The notes under the pieces: generated by a model
The model's input: only the letters and a program-made list of their open reading frames with translations
Told to the model about the DNA's origin: nothing
The model's database searches: none
Assembly: GCF_041956535.1 (NCBI RefSeq)
Contig: NW_027192203.1
Coordinates: forward strand, 62,001 to 126,000
DNA from: Calcarisporiella thermophila CBS 279.70
Taxonomy: Eukaryota; Fungi; Calcarisporiellomycota
Direction: 5' to 3'
DNA length: 64,000 nucleotides
Shown here: positions 35,828 to 48,137 of the stretch, in pieces
Layout: every line of letters begins with the position of its first letter
How positions within the stretch are numbered: position 1 is the first letter of the stretch
Program-made: the position numbers and the translations under genes

Positions 35828-37123
35828 CGTATTGGAATTCTATGACTTTTCGAATGTTGGTATGCTCCCCTCTTCTATTTATATAAATATGAAACCAATG
35901 ACATTGGGTGATTACCTGGCGTGACTTTTCCCGAATTTCCCCGCAAAAGTTAAGCGTCTACCTCTTAGAAATCTCAAGAACTTGCCCGAGTTTCGCCAGA
36001 TATGCAACCTAACCAAGTAGATTTTAAGATTAAATTGGAGGGCCTCTCGTCTTCCAACCTTTCCATCATGGGCGTCTTGCCCTCTTGTATGGCCTGTTGC
36101 CGGCTTTTAATTAAATTTTTTAATTCAGTATGAGAGTTCATTGTGACAGAGGAATAATGGCTCCTTCACATCGCATAGATTGGTAAAGAGCTCGGGAAGA
36201 AGTGACTCTGTACCACGAATTTCATACATTAAAAAAAGATCCTAGATATGGGAGAGCTTGGAAGCCCGAGTATCAGATCCCTCCCTCAAGCTTATTTGTC
36301 GATGCCTCCGAGAATAAAATTTCGCCATGTTTTGCTTCATAAGGTCGCTAAAACATATATGATTAACGATTAGCCGCAATTCCATGGAGGGGCTTCCAGT
36401 CGCGCTAGACAGGAGAATAGATTGGGGAATAATATGCGTATGATTTCTTTTTGTGCACTCGAGGCTTTCCCGAAAACAAACGACCTAATTGTATGAATGG
36501 AATTGGGCTAGTGACGACTTATTATGGTCCAAGGGCCGATACAACCGAGCATCTCATTGGATTGCTCAAAGTGCCTCAGCCCTTGGAACACTCTGATGGC
36601 GCTGTATATTCCTTTCTAAAAAGGCTAACGAGATTGTTAGTTTACTATGCCTTTTCCAGGTATTACATATCTGCGACATCTTATATGCTGCAGTAGGTGG
36701 ATGCCAGAGTAAGCATCTCTCAACAAATTAAATTATACAAACCTACGATCAAGGTATAATTCGTAAGAGCCTTCAACGCAAAAATATTAACATTGTGCTT
36801 CAAATACATTGACTGTATATCCTAAGCTCTCGTTTGATTTAATACCTATCTCCAACATGATATAGAGGCTATTGTCCGGTATTTGATGTTCATGTATTAC
36901 TTATATAAGGAATGGATACAGGATGCATGCGTGCGGATAAGAAGCTCCTATATACTTCTTTGACAACGTTACGTTGATGGGGAGGGATATGGGAAAATGC
37001 AGTTATTATTATATAAAACCAAGTAACCATTACGCTTCGGCCAGCGTAGATTATTTTACAAGCAATTGGATACATACAAAATGGATAAATAATTAGCGTA
37101 CCTGGGATTGGTTCGACGTGGTC

Positions 37124-38084
37124 CTACGAGGTGAGGTAGATGCTTTCTTCCAAGTCAGTCTCAAGGGTCGTAGTTGTATGAATAATACTGTCTGTTTCCA
37201 GAGCTGCACGGTGTTCTACCTCTCCAGACAAAGTATCACTTGAACCAATCTCTAAAGGAGCTCCCGCCACTTGCTGAGAGAGTGCATTTAAATCGGTATG
37301 ATATTTTTCCCTCTTTGTAGGGCACATTTCATGATTGCTGAAATAGCTCTGCTGTTGGTGTTGCAGTAAGGGTATCCTTGCGGTGGGAACAAGGACGGGT
37401 GGAGGAGGAAGCGGAGAAACGGTCGATACCGTGGATGAATAAGACGTTATAGGAGACAATACTTCAGCGTCAGGTTTTTTCCGTCGTTTTCTCGGTTTAT
37501 ATTTATATTCCGGATATCTGCTCCATTTCTCAGAACATTAGCATATACCGTGTTCTATAAAATGAAAGGTCAGCGATTTACCTTTCCTTGTGAAGTCGTT
37601 TCTCTTCTTCAGCCAAGGCTCTGTAGGCCTCTTTCACTTCATCGCTTTCTAAGCTCCACAGCTCCCCAACAATCTTTGATATATCATTGTTAGATATCCC
37701 TGCGTAGACATTATTTATCTCCCGCTGACGCTCCTGCCGATAGATAATGAAGGAATTCCTTGGCCTGGGGATCTTCTTTCCGTTTCTAATATTGGTAAGC
37801 CTTGAGGTGGGAGTGGTCAGAGACGGAGCTCCGGATTGGGAAATGCTCGGAGCTGAGCAGAGCAACGGCGTGATGGATGCAACTACTTGACGGGGTGTGG
37901 AGGTCCCACTGGAGGAGCCTACGGGATCCCTATCATACGCGATAAGTGGGCTTGTCGCATCGGAATCTGGCACCAGTTTGTAGCCGGTCGGTATCACTAC
38001 TAGGGCTCCTTTTACATGTACAAGTTGGAGATCCTTTGACGTATTAAGAATGTCGGGTGTGTAGAGTGGAAAATATTCAGACAT
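37124..38084 (-). CDS. MATA-type HMG-box transcription factor (2 exons)
   Basis: KIPRPRNSFIIYRQ...ISNNDISKIVGELW...YRALAEEEKRLHKER|YPEYKYKPRKRRKK. Intron 37518-37581. Confidence 0.92.
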
Positions 38085-39043
38085 ATATAAGGCAATAATG
38101 TGAGGTTGAAAATGCTAAAGACTTTTGCTACGGGTATATGCAAATAGAAAAGTAAGTGATGAACAAGCCGTTTGAATTTACTGTATGAAAAGTATATATA
38201 GAAAAGGAGAAAAAGAAGGAATAGAGAAGGGCTGCAAAGTGCTGCGAGGTTCGAGGTAGGTAGGTTGGTGAAAGAGGTGAAAGATGGGTGACGACTGCTT
38301 GGAGAGTCTCCCGAGCGTTTTCTCTTCAAACCCTCCTCCAAGTTCCTTTGTTCTTATCTCCCGGAAGACAAAGAAATCATGAAGTGGTCGTTCGCGAAAA
38401 AAACTTTTGTGCTACGTAGAAGAGCGTTCATTTGGTTCATTTCACATAATAAAAGTATAATTAAACTCATCCATTTCAATAGTAACTCTGCTGTGTTCTG
38501 TATTATTTGAAATGATGGCAATAAAATTCATTTTTTTGTGCGCAACTCAAGCTTGTGTGGGTGGAGTTGGAAGAAAAACAGCAACCAAAAATAAGCGAAT
38601 CCCATATGTTCCATCATTCCTCTGACGCACAAAGCCTTTATTTCTTGCCACATTCAATCCCACCATGTTCAATTGGTGTAATGCGAACAGGCCTTTGCTC
38701 TTGTAAACCCGAACCTTTTGTCATTAAGTACTGAGAGTTGAGGATTTTGTAAAATCATTGGGTCGGTAAATCCAATGATGTTTGTACAAGTCCATGGCGC
38801 AATAACTCTATGTTGCTTTAGCGCTGTTATCCGGAATTCTGCTACAATACATATATCGTCGTCTTGACACTCCTTGCTCAAACTGAGCTGTCTACCTGCT
38901 TGTACCAATAGTACTTTTAAATTTGATATAAAAGAGTGAAAGTTGAGACCATGTTCTCGTCAAATGGCTCAACATCAACGAGTCTGTATCCAAAACATAC
39001 GATTTTCTTAATGAATACTTTTTCCTCATTTATTATTTTTTAA

Positions 39044-39373
39044 TTGGCTATAGAGAATATCACACTGGGTCAAGTGGCTGCTTATTTTATTGCCCTGTCG
39101 CACCTCGTTGCGTTATTTGGAACAGCAGCATGCGCTTACTCTCTCGGTACCCCCTTCTCCGGAGAGGATTTCCAAGAGCGATTTTTCGAAAACAATTTAT
39201 GCGCCCTAAATGCTCTGGCACGAATATATCGACAGGGTCATGCTCTAGTGGTGGCTGCGCACGATCAACGAAGCGAAGAATATTCACACTTTGCGAATAC
39301 AGACAGCCATATCCGGGTCCCTCTTCTTAGCCGCCTGTCATGGCGAGAGATCGATACCAGTATGTTTTATTAA
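39044..39373 (+). pseudogene. Possible degenerate HET (heterokaryon incompatibility)-domain fragment
   Basis: Motifs YFIALSH, ARIYRQGHALVVA and LLSRLSWRE loosely match HET motifs (YxALSH.WG, IYxxA, WxxRxWxxQE). No ATG start and key Trp residues are missing. Confidence 0.3.
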
Positions 39374-40300
39374 TACCTGATGTCAATTCAGGCCCTGTGT
39401 GTCGTCGGGAATGGAAGCTGAATGCGAACGGAGAGTTCTCTGACGGGATTTGTGTCTGTGGACCCAATATGGTCTTAAACATCGAATAAAGTAGAGTGGA
39501 CTGACGCAGAACAGTTGAATACGGGCCGCATAATGTCATCAGATTGGTTGCGTGTTCTCTTGGCAACAATTCAAATTACTGGACTCCTTGTGTCTGTAGT
39601 GACTCCGACAGTTTTTGAAACGTGCACGTTTGTCATAGAGCCGGTGGTTCTTTATATTTGCCACCGCTTTTTTGCGGCTTATGTTGGAGTCTAAATGGCG
39701 AGCATGGGCTCGTCCTTTGATACTGTGGCCAAAAAAGGATGTAGATGGAATAGAGGCTTACCGACGAGTTTCAGTCATCACACCGCCAGTCTTGATGTGA
39801 TCAGGGATTACTGGAGGAACGGCGGCGTATTTATGGAGCAATGAAATCCTCCAAGGGCCTAGTACGGGGATGACGGGGCTCCCTGTGTTCGCACTGATAA
39901 GCTACGCCGCGAGCTCTATTTTATCGGTTATTATCCTTGCAATATGTACACAGTAATTATAAGAATACCACTGCAATTATTGTATATTTTGCAAAACCTT
40001 ATAATATCGGCTCTCATTCCATGTGTATCAAATGGTATTTATATTTGCAATTTTGCAAGGGTAAAGGCGCTTCAAACTGAAAATTTTGGTGACACTTTTG
40101 CTCTTTTAATTAGGGTAGGATCAATATCCTTGTAGCTCAACAAAATAATGCATCCATGGCCCGAAAATTATCCCATATTTTTTGTCAGTCTCGCATCTTA
40201 TTTCAACGGATTCAGAGAGCACTCTTGTTACGACCCATTTTCAACTAAATCTGACAGGAAAAAATAAAAGCCTAGCAACGGAACTTTTTTTATCGAGTTT

Positions 40301-40648
40301 GAATAATTCTCGGCATTTTCATACAATTTCAGAGATGTTATGTGATAGAAGTAATTGGCGACTTCTGGAACTCCTATAGTAGAATAATAGTAAAAATAAA
40401 AGAAATATGGGAAAAAGGATCAGAAAACAAATATCTGAACAATTTAAAGAAAAGCAAGAAAACCGGGAATTTCCATTTACAGACAAAAAACAGAATAATA
40501 ATTGATGCATATAAATTAAATAGGCTCAAATTGAAAATTTTAACAGGTGGTTCATATATAGAAAGCTGCAATATTTTTCAATTAAATTAGGAAAGAGGGA
40601 AACTATTTTTTCAAAATTTTTATGCATTTGTGACTTATTTTTTGTACT
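40301..40648 (-). repeat. Diverged direct duplicate of the promoter and first codons of the 41248-41601 gene
   Basis: Aligns by eye with 41580-41933. Encodes only MKMPRIIQTR* versus MKMLRIIHTI... Confidence 0.9.
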
Positions 40649-41247
40649 AGTTTGTGTGACGTTTTTAGCATAAGGGAAAGATTTAACTCCGTATGATTTA
40701 TTACAATCTCAAATATATCAAATAAATGTTGACGTAGATACGTAGATAAAGGGATTAAGAAGATCTTAAAGTAACTCAAACATTTGTAATTGATTTCATT
40801 CGATTACGAAGATCACTCACCAATTCCTCGACTGCGACGTCATCAACTTCATCTTGATTTGTCCGATTTCCTTTTATGAACCTTGAATTTCTTACCATTT
40901 ATTTACTACTTATTACTTTCCATTTTACTTACCTTGTAGAATATCACTCTTGCTTACAATTAGATATCAATAAAAAGGACCGTAAACCCCCCTAGCCTAA
41001 TGTTACTAGGATAGTTTGAGAAGGGAGTGTAGGGTAAAAACACCGATTCTTATTCCAAAACGCAAATTGCTCAAAATATGTATCCAAATAGCGCTGTAGT
41101 CAACAAGAGGCCAGAAAGTATAAAAAATTTCTAAAAATAATAGGGAATTAGCTTTAAAAAAGGCAGTTCATCTTAAATTGATGCAGAGCAAAGGAAGCGG
41201 CAAAGTAATTCCCAGCTCAATGCATGTTGATAATGATGAGGGTTTGT

Positions 41248-41601
41248 TCAAAAATGGACTTCTTCGCATGCACGTCCTCGTGACTCAAGCCTACCTCCTA
41301 CGTGTTCCCAGCCCTCTGCGCAAAGTACTGCACCATTGGGTAGGTCGCGGTGTATCGGAATAGTGTATTTTTGATGATAACCCCAAAATTGTGTAGCGCT
41401 ATTCTGATCTATACCACCACCCCAAATGTGGAAGTGCCCAGTAAAGTCACCGTTCCATGTTGTCGATGCAGACACAGTTTCGACTCTAAGACCAGAGCCA
41501 TCAACGGCAATACAGGTCCTACTATTACATCCATTGCTTCCAGCGAAGGCTGTGGCGGTAATAAGCACAATAATAGTATGAATAATTCTCAGCATTTTCA
41601 T
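41248..41601 (-). CDS. Small secreted 4-Cys beta-rich protein (117 aa)
   Basis: Signal peptide (MKMLRIIHTIIVLITATAFA), then GCNSRTCIAVDGSGLRV...GHFHIWG...LCAEGW...GRACEEVHF. Intronless, with AT-rich flanks. Confidence 0.85.
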   Translation of the reverse strand: MKMLRIIHTIIVLITATAFAGSNGCNSRTCIAVDGSGLRVETVSASTTWNGDFTGHFHIWGGGIDQNSATQFWGYHQKYTIPIHRDLPNGAVLCAEGWEHVGGRLESRGRACEEVHF

Positions 41602-41959
41602 ACAATTTCAGAGAGATGTTATGTGATTAAAGTAATTAGCGACTTCTCGAACTTCTATAGTTAAATAATAGTAAAAGTAAAAGAGAACAATGAGAGAAAG
41701 GATCAGAAAACCGATATCTGAACTATTTAAAGAAAAGCAAGAAAACCGGGAATTTCCATTTACAAACAAGCAAGCATTGTAATTATGTATGCACGTAAAT
41801 TAAGTAGATTCAAATTGAAAATCTTGACAAGTGATTCATATGTAGAAAAGAGCCGCAAAATATTTTAATTGAATAAGCTACATGGAAAGATTTTTTTCAA
41901 AATTTTTATGCACGTGTGGCTTATTTTTGGCACGAATTTACTACATTTGTTAGTTTTAG

Positions 41960-42427
41960 ATCTTATACTTTCGCTTCAAATCACTCCAGACATGCTCTTT
42001 GATGTTCGTGCAATAGAGTGCAGCTTCTAGCCCTCCATCGATACGACACAGATTTCCAACCTTGTGATCAGTAACACAGACCCACACCATTAATACGTTC
42101 CCTATCTGATTCAGTGCGGATTGAATATTTCTACTGCGAAGCAGTTCTCCCTTGCGCTTGTAATAGTATTGTTTCCTGACGCATTCGTAAAGCTTAATTT
42201 GATCCCGTCGGAAACACTACCCGCTTCTAGTCTTCCACAGTCCAATTTATATGCTTCCTCGCGAACTTAGAAAACTGAGCAAAGACCATTCAATTAACAA
42301 AAATGTAGTCATAATCCAAAAACCAACAAAATTTAGCAATGCACTTTTTCAAATACCGCTACCGGTAAGCTGGCTATTCTTTGGTAAACCGGGGTAGCAT
42401 GTATCTCTGAAAATAGGGTAGACACTG
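41960..42427 (-). mobile_element. Truncated, internally deleted Tc1/mariner transposon relic
   Basis: Minus-strand translation LKFARKHINWTVED*KRVVF, VLMVWVC..VGNLCRIDG, EHVWSDLKRK matches Tc1 DDE transposase. TA|CAGTG terminus at 42429-42423. The second TIR was not found. Confidence 0.85.
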
Positions 42428-42808
42428 TAGTTTTATCTCAACATGTTTTCACTATCCCTCGGAAAGAGGATACTGAAAAATCGAGGTTTTAATATATAAT
42501 TTCAATTTGTTGCTATGGTTTTTCGTTCGGATGTACGTACCCTGGAGACGGAGACCTTGACTAGTTTCAGTCCTAAAATTAGATAAGGGTTTGGCCAAGG
42601 AAACTAGAAGTTGCTTTTAGGGTGTCAATCACCATAGCTTGTCTTGATAGACTGTGTGGTTGCTATGAAATTCATTCTCTATTGTGCTTAAGATTAGGTC
42701 AAACAACGAACCATTTAGATAGAAATAGTGATCATCAATAAAAACTTATAATACAAAAACAAAAATAACAAATGCAAATGGGCAAAGAACAAAACGGGCA
42801 AAGATAAC

Positions 42809-44100
42809 CTATACTCCATCGATCGTCCCCACTACTTCCACGTCGGCCTCTTCCGCAGCCTTAACTCGCCTTCTCCGTTTTTTCGGGGGCGGCTCATACT
42901 TGGGGGCCGAAGATTCCCCCTCTAATTTCGCCTCTGGCTCCATCTTTTCCTCCTCAGCCACTGGCTGCTTCTCCTCGACCGTGGAACTTGCTTCTCCATT
43001 CTCATTTGTTTTCGATTCGGACTCTGGAGAGGGTGGCATCACCACATTACCACTATCATCCACCTTCAGCCCAATCATCGTGACGTCGATCCGAGTTCTG
43101 TTCTGCAGTGCTGCCGTGATCTCCGAAGGGTTAGTTCTTTCCTCTTTTTTGAATTTGTTGCGGATCTGACGCCGATTGCGGCGGTTATTAAACATTCGCG
43201 CTATTAGATCGAAATCGGTGCCGAACATGGATAGCCCCTATAGAGAAGATCTCTCGATTGTCAATTATCTTGCCATTGAATCATGCATCGCCGGCAGTGG
43301 ATTACCTGGTAGAATTTTTCGTGATCCTCCTTTGTCCATTTTTCCACTCGCTTATACTTGGAATAGGTCAAACTGTTCACAAAACGGTTCTGATCGGACT
43401 CCTCGACAAGTTCCATTGGGCCGGTGTTGGTGGGCCGTGTAATGCGTTCACGGTCAATAGTCAGAGAATCTGCATCGACAACCACCTTGCCATCGACCAG
43501 CTTCACTTGTACCGCAACATTTCTGTAAGATGTGCCAATGAGTGGAGGTAAAATAAAAAAAAATCAATACAATAGATATTCAATTTCCTGGGAAAATAGA
43601 CAATATTACTGTTCTGGTAGTTCCTCTGTTTTCTTGTTGTCACTCTTATTCGCTTCGTCCTCGTCCTCATCTTCGTCCTCCTTTATCTCATTCAATTCAC
43701 CCTTAACACTAGCATTTTCTTCCTCCTCTTTCCCTGCAGTTTTCGCAATCCCATTTGCTTTCTCTCTCTCCGCTCTCTGCTGGGCCTCGATTCTTGCTTT
43801 AAATGATGATGATACTACACCCTCCTTTAAATCCCTGCAGAAATGGCTAATCGCCATGTCAAGGTATTCTGGCCGTTGAGGATTGGGCTCGTCCTCAAGA
43901 GTCTTGAGCTCAGCGAGAGTGGGGGGCGGGCGTGAAGATCTCGATTTAGAGGAAGAGGAAGACGATTCCTCATTTGCATTTTGCGAAGTGGTAGGAATAG
44001 CGATCGGAGTGGCCTGTGGGGGAAGAATGGGGGTGGGTCGAGTGGGGATATCAATCAAGTTGCCAGTGGCTTTGCGTTTGCCTCCTCGAGTCGTACTCAT
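42809..44100 (-). CDS. BDP1: TFIIIB subunit Bdp1/B'' (SANT domain), 3 exons
   Basis: QVKLVDGKVVVDADSL, FVNSLTYSK...KWTKEDHEKFYQ|GLSMFGTDFDLIARMF..RRQIRNKFKKEERTNP. Confidence 0.9.
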
Positions 44101-44292
44101 CTTGACAAAACATGATATTAAAAGACGGATTTTAGGTGAAGAGCGGTCATATTTATCACATAAAACTGCGCCACTTAATCCTCTATTGAGAAATCTAGAG
44201 GTAGTCAAAAGGAAATTTTCCATACTTTGGCGAGTCCATCCAAGACATATCCTTCAGCTAGTTCTAGAGGGGTTTCTTTAAAGAAAGTGTCC

Positions 44293-44922
44293 ATGTCGCA
44301 ACCAGTTCGGTAAGTCTCTTGTTTCTTTTCGACGTGACTTTTTAATAGATGGAATGGATGGATGGATGAGAGGATGTATTGGTCTTATCTTGGTACTTGG
44401 ATTTAAACAGGGTTATAGACTGCTTTATTTTTTCATCGCATTGGATTTCTCGATCCATCATTAATTTAATCGATTGAATTGACTCTCTTATATACATCCT
44501 ATGCATCATGATATATATGCGATCTAATCCCTCTCTTTTTTCTAAAGTCTCTACGCAAAAGGCCGTGCTCTTGGCTTCAAACGTGCCAAGCGCAATCAAT
44601 CTCCCAATACTTCCCTGATCCAGATCGAGAACTGCAAGACATCCGCTGATGCTCAATTCTACCTCGGTAAGCGTGTTGCCTATGTCTACCGTGCTAAGCG
44701 TGAGGTCAACGGAAGTAAGATCCGTGTGATCTGGGGACGTGTAACGCGTTCGCATGGCACCTCTGGTGTGGTGAAGGCGAAATTCAGGTCAAACCTGCCT
44801 CCAAAGGCATTCGGTGCCTCTGTGCGTGTGGTATGTAGAAACATTTGCTTCTGGCCATTAGTATGTGTATTTTAATAGTTACCCTTTCTGTTTTGCAGAT
44901 GCTCTATCCCTCGAATATCTAA
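44293..44922 (+). CDS. RPL33: 60S ribosomal protein eL33 (L33/L35a), 3 exons
   Basis: MSQPVR|LYAKG...[14 protein letters not shown]...[37 protein letters not shown]|MLYPSNI*. Confidence 0.97.
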
Positions 44923-45170
44923 TTGCGTATCTGGATCCTATTCGTTTTTGTTCACACTTTATTTTGTTTTTATACATGTTTATATTTTTTTTCTCCCTTG
45001 AATTACTCTATTTCAGCAAACTCCCGAATAAACACTGTTCCCGCTACAAGTTACCGTATTACCTTAATTGCTCACAGAGTATTTGCTTCGACTTCGAAAA
45101 TTCTCGTACCATTTCTCACAATGTAACTAGAATTGAAAAATTAAATCTTAATATGAGGCTTATGCGTTTA

Positions 45171-45636
45171 CTTTTAAGTTACATATATTAGTATCATTTC
45201 TTCTTAATCTCAGTGACTACGTAGCAACGTCAACTTTTATAGTATATATATTGGTATGTATGAGGTTATAATAAATTATTTGGAGTTATATCCGTATATA
45301 CGAGCCCAACCTGGTCATTGTCCTAAAGATTCTTTCGCGTTTTGCAAGAGGCTCGAGAAGCTTGAATATGCTGCCAGTCTTAAAGCCAGGCCTGATGAGC
45401 TAAAATGCGTGCACCTAGTCAAAAGCTTCATAAGGGCGCCTTACGATGGATCATCGTGAGGTACACCCTTGTTCTCCATCAAAGGTTACTAGGGATTTTG
45501 AGATAGAGAGAAAGATATAAATCTGAATGATTTATTACAGCCTCATATGTACTAATATATCAATTTTAAAAGATGACGTTGCTAAGTAGTCACTGAGATT
45601 TAGAAGATCTGATACTAATATATGTAACATTAAAAG
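45171..45636. mobile_element. MITE / non-autonomous DNA transposon with ~120-bp imperfect terminal inverted repeats
   Basis: 45171-45292 is the reverse complement of about 45515-45636 (e.g. GTTACATATATTAGTATCA / TGATACTAATATATGTAAC and AATCTCAGTGACTAC / GTAGTCACTGAGATT). Confidence 0.85.
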
Positions 45637-45668
45637 CGGTACCGTCCATGCCTCGAAAGTGATAAAGC

Positions 45669-46271
45669 ATGTCAATAGAAGATGACGGGTGGGATGATTT
45701 AAAGGCATTGGAGACCAGTCTTTTTGACTTAGAAGGTTAGGGCTAATACTGGTCGGCTGATATATTTTTTAATATCTCCTTTTCATTGCTTTAAATATAA
45801 TGCTATGTAGATGTAGTGGAGGCAGAATTTGAGCGGTTGAGCACGATTAAAGCAGATGATGGGCTATTGTTGGAATACTGGTACTGGGAGCTTAAACGTG
45901 AACTACTTTCAACCATGGATCAGTGTACTACTACCGATAGTATATTTTTTTTTTCCTCAATTCTCCTGTTGGACTTCAAATTAATTCATGATTGATTCAA
46001 TTTTATAGAAGATAATGTTTTTCCCGAAGCAATAGCTTTTGACATCGAGCGACCTCTTCAGTTTACAACACGTTATAACGGCTATGTTCTACGAATACAG
46101 GTTGAGCATACCGAGAAACTAGGTCGTGTCTACAAATTGCGAACGGATCCTTGTTTGAAGAGAGTAGACCAGGAGTTTGAGGCAATGACAACACATAACA
46201 ATAATTTCTCGATGGTGGAATTCATTAAAGAGAAAGTATGGCCAGAGTTAAAGCGGCTGACTACGATGTAA
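45669..46271 (+). CDS. Hypothetical ~150-aa protein, 3 exons (absent from the ORF track)
   Basis: Exons 45669-45735, 45811-45939 and 46009-46271 join in consistent phase through GT-AG introns, giving MSIEDDGWDDLKALE...EYWYWELKRELL...VEFIKEKVWPELKRLTTM*. Confidence 0.65.
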
Positions 46272-46956
46272 ACATTCCATTTTGTTTGTTGTTTTTCCTA
46301 ATATTGTAAAATACCTCGTTTCTTACATAATATCGCCCACTATCTGCATTTATTTTCCCCAACTTTGTTACATGGGGAGTTTTTACGGAAACTCTATTGC
46401 TTAGATGAAATAATAGTACAACCGACTACTGCAAAACCGTTCATTTTAATATTGGGGCACTTTGTCTGAGAAGGGTCCTAATTGTATATAGGGTATCCAA
46501 TGTGTTAATATACTAAACCCTAGTGAGGACTCTAGTTAAATAGAGCATTCCTGCATATTGAGGTTGCGATACAATTCCAACAAGCTTAAAAATTTTTGTT
46601 GAAATCTTCCTATTAATAAGAAGTCTTGTGCAAGACAAAACTTCGAGCTTGTTGCCGACTCTCGACAGAAGACTCGAGCTGTAGATTTTGTTAAGGTATC
46701 TTCAATGGTCCTTATTGTATAGAGCACCCAAAGAAGACGTCGAGAGCGCTAATGTAGTGGGCTCAGATTCTATTCGCTGAGGTGGGTGGGATTGGGAAAC
46801 AGACTTCACAGAACAACGTAGAACGCAAGAACGCGTGAATGAGCCCCTTTTAGAGTTAATAGAGATAAATCAGATTTAATTTTACTTAATCTGTCATTCC
46901 CAACGGGAATTGATATTCAGGGTCGTATTTTCGTCTCTCTCGTCTCGCCCCTTTTT

Positions 46957-48137
46957 ATGGCAGAGACATCAGCTAAGTTGCGCTATCAGAAGCGGCGTGA
47001 GGCTCGGCAACGAAAAATACTCGCCTCCGCAGGGGATAGACTGAGTCGCATCACCGCAACTGTGTATGATGAAATGTCAAATGATTACAAGGTTGTAATC
47101 AATTCGCCTTCTAGCTCGGTGCTGGCTGCTTCACCGCCGTCATCCCCATTGGAAAGCAAGTTCCCAGAAGGTTGGTTAGAGTAGTTTGGACCCTCAAAAG
47201 TAGCGTCTGTATAAATCGAACTAACGTGTGATGTTCTGATGCTTAGGTGCTTTGGTAGAAACCCCACTCAATGAAGATAAACGATTCCAAGCACCCTTCC
47301 AATGGACCCAAAGCCAAACCAGCTTTGAAGGTTATAAGCATCCTTATTCCCATTACACTCACTGTGTCTCTCCAGTTCGTACTTCTCAGCCATTTTCTCC
47401 TGTGGCACTGCATTCTTCGCCCCGCATTGCGCGTTCAACGTTCGCCCCTGAGATTATCAATACTGAGGATGGGTTTTTTGGTCATGGGCCTATTTTATGC
47501 GAGAGAATTGCATCCCAGCGGGCAATGTCCTCAACTTCTCCAAGTTATTTTCTAAACTCGGAACAACCAACAAGTCCTATAGGCTTGAATGATGTTAATT
47601 TCAAAAGGCGGGCTTTTTGCTGGCGAGTTGTGCACATGGCTTGTGCTCTTACGTTGGGAATGCATTTTGTAATTAGAGAATTGTGGAGAGAAAAGGGGGG
47701 AATAAGGCGATTGAGCATGTTGGGTGGAATTGGCGCTGGGGAATCCACGATTGCGCCAGCAGTAAGTTGGCAATTAGATTACAGTTGGAAATCGCGCTCT
47801 AATCACTGTATCTAATGTAGCCATTACTCGGGTGGTTCACCACGCTTGAGCTTATTTTACTATCCAGTAGTCATTTTTTCATATCCAAGGTACTTGCTGG
47901 TTAATTATTTCTTTTTCTGTTTTCTTAATACGCCCCATTTTAAAGACTAGAGAGTCTTCCTATAATACGCTGAACCTGCTGATAGCCATCCTTCCTCCTG
48001 CTGCCAGCAACACCATCCGATTTTTCTGCTACCATCGAGACATCTATGACCAGTTATGGCGAGATATCAGCGTGCTTCTGTTTGTTTTTGGGTTGGCAGT
48101 TATGGGCGCGCGTTATGCATCCATGTTGCTTTATTGA
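46957..48137 (+). CDS. Get2/CAML-like tail-anchored protein insertase subunit (multi-exon)
   Basis: N-terminal KRREARQRKILASAGDRLSRIT motif, low-complexity middle and C-terminal transmembrane helices. Confidence 0.78.

Noticed and set aside
44310-44548. Intronic snoRNA in the long rpl33 intron
   Set aside because: No clear C/D (RTGATGA...CTGA) or H/ACA architecture.
45392-45430. CTGATGA hammerhead-like core inside the MITE
   Set aside because: No GAAA after stem II and no flanking stems.
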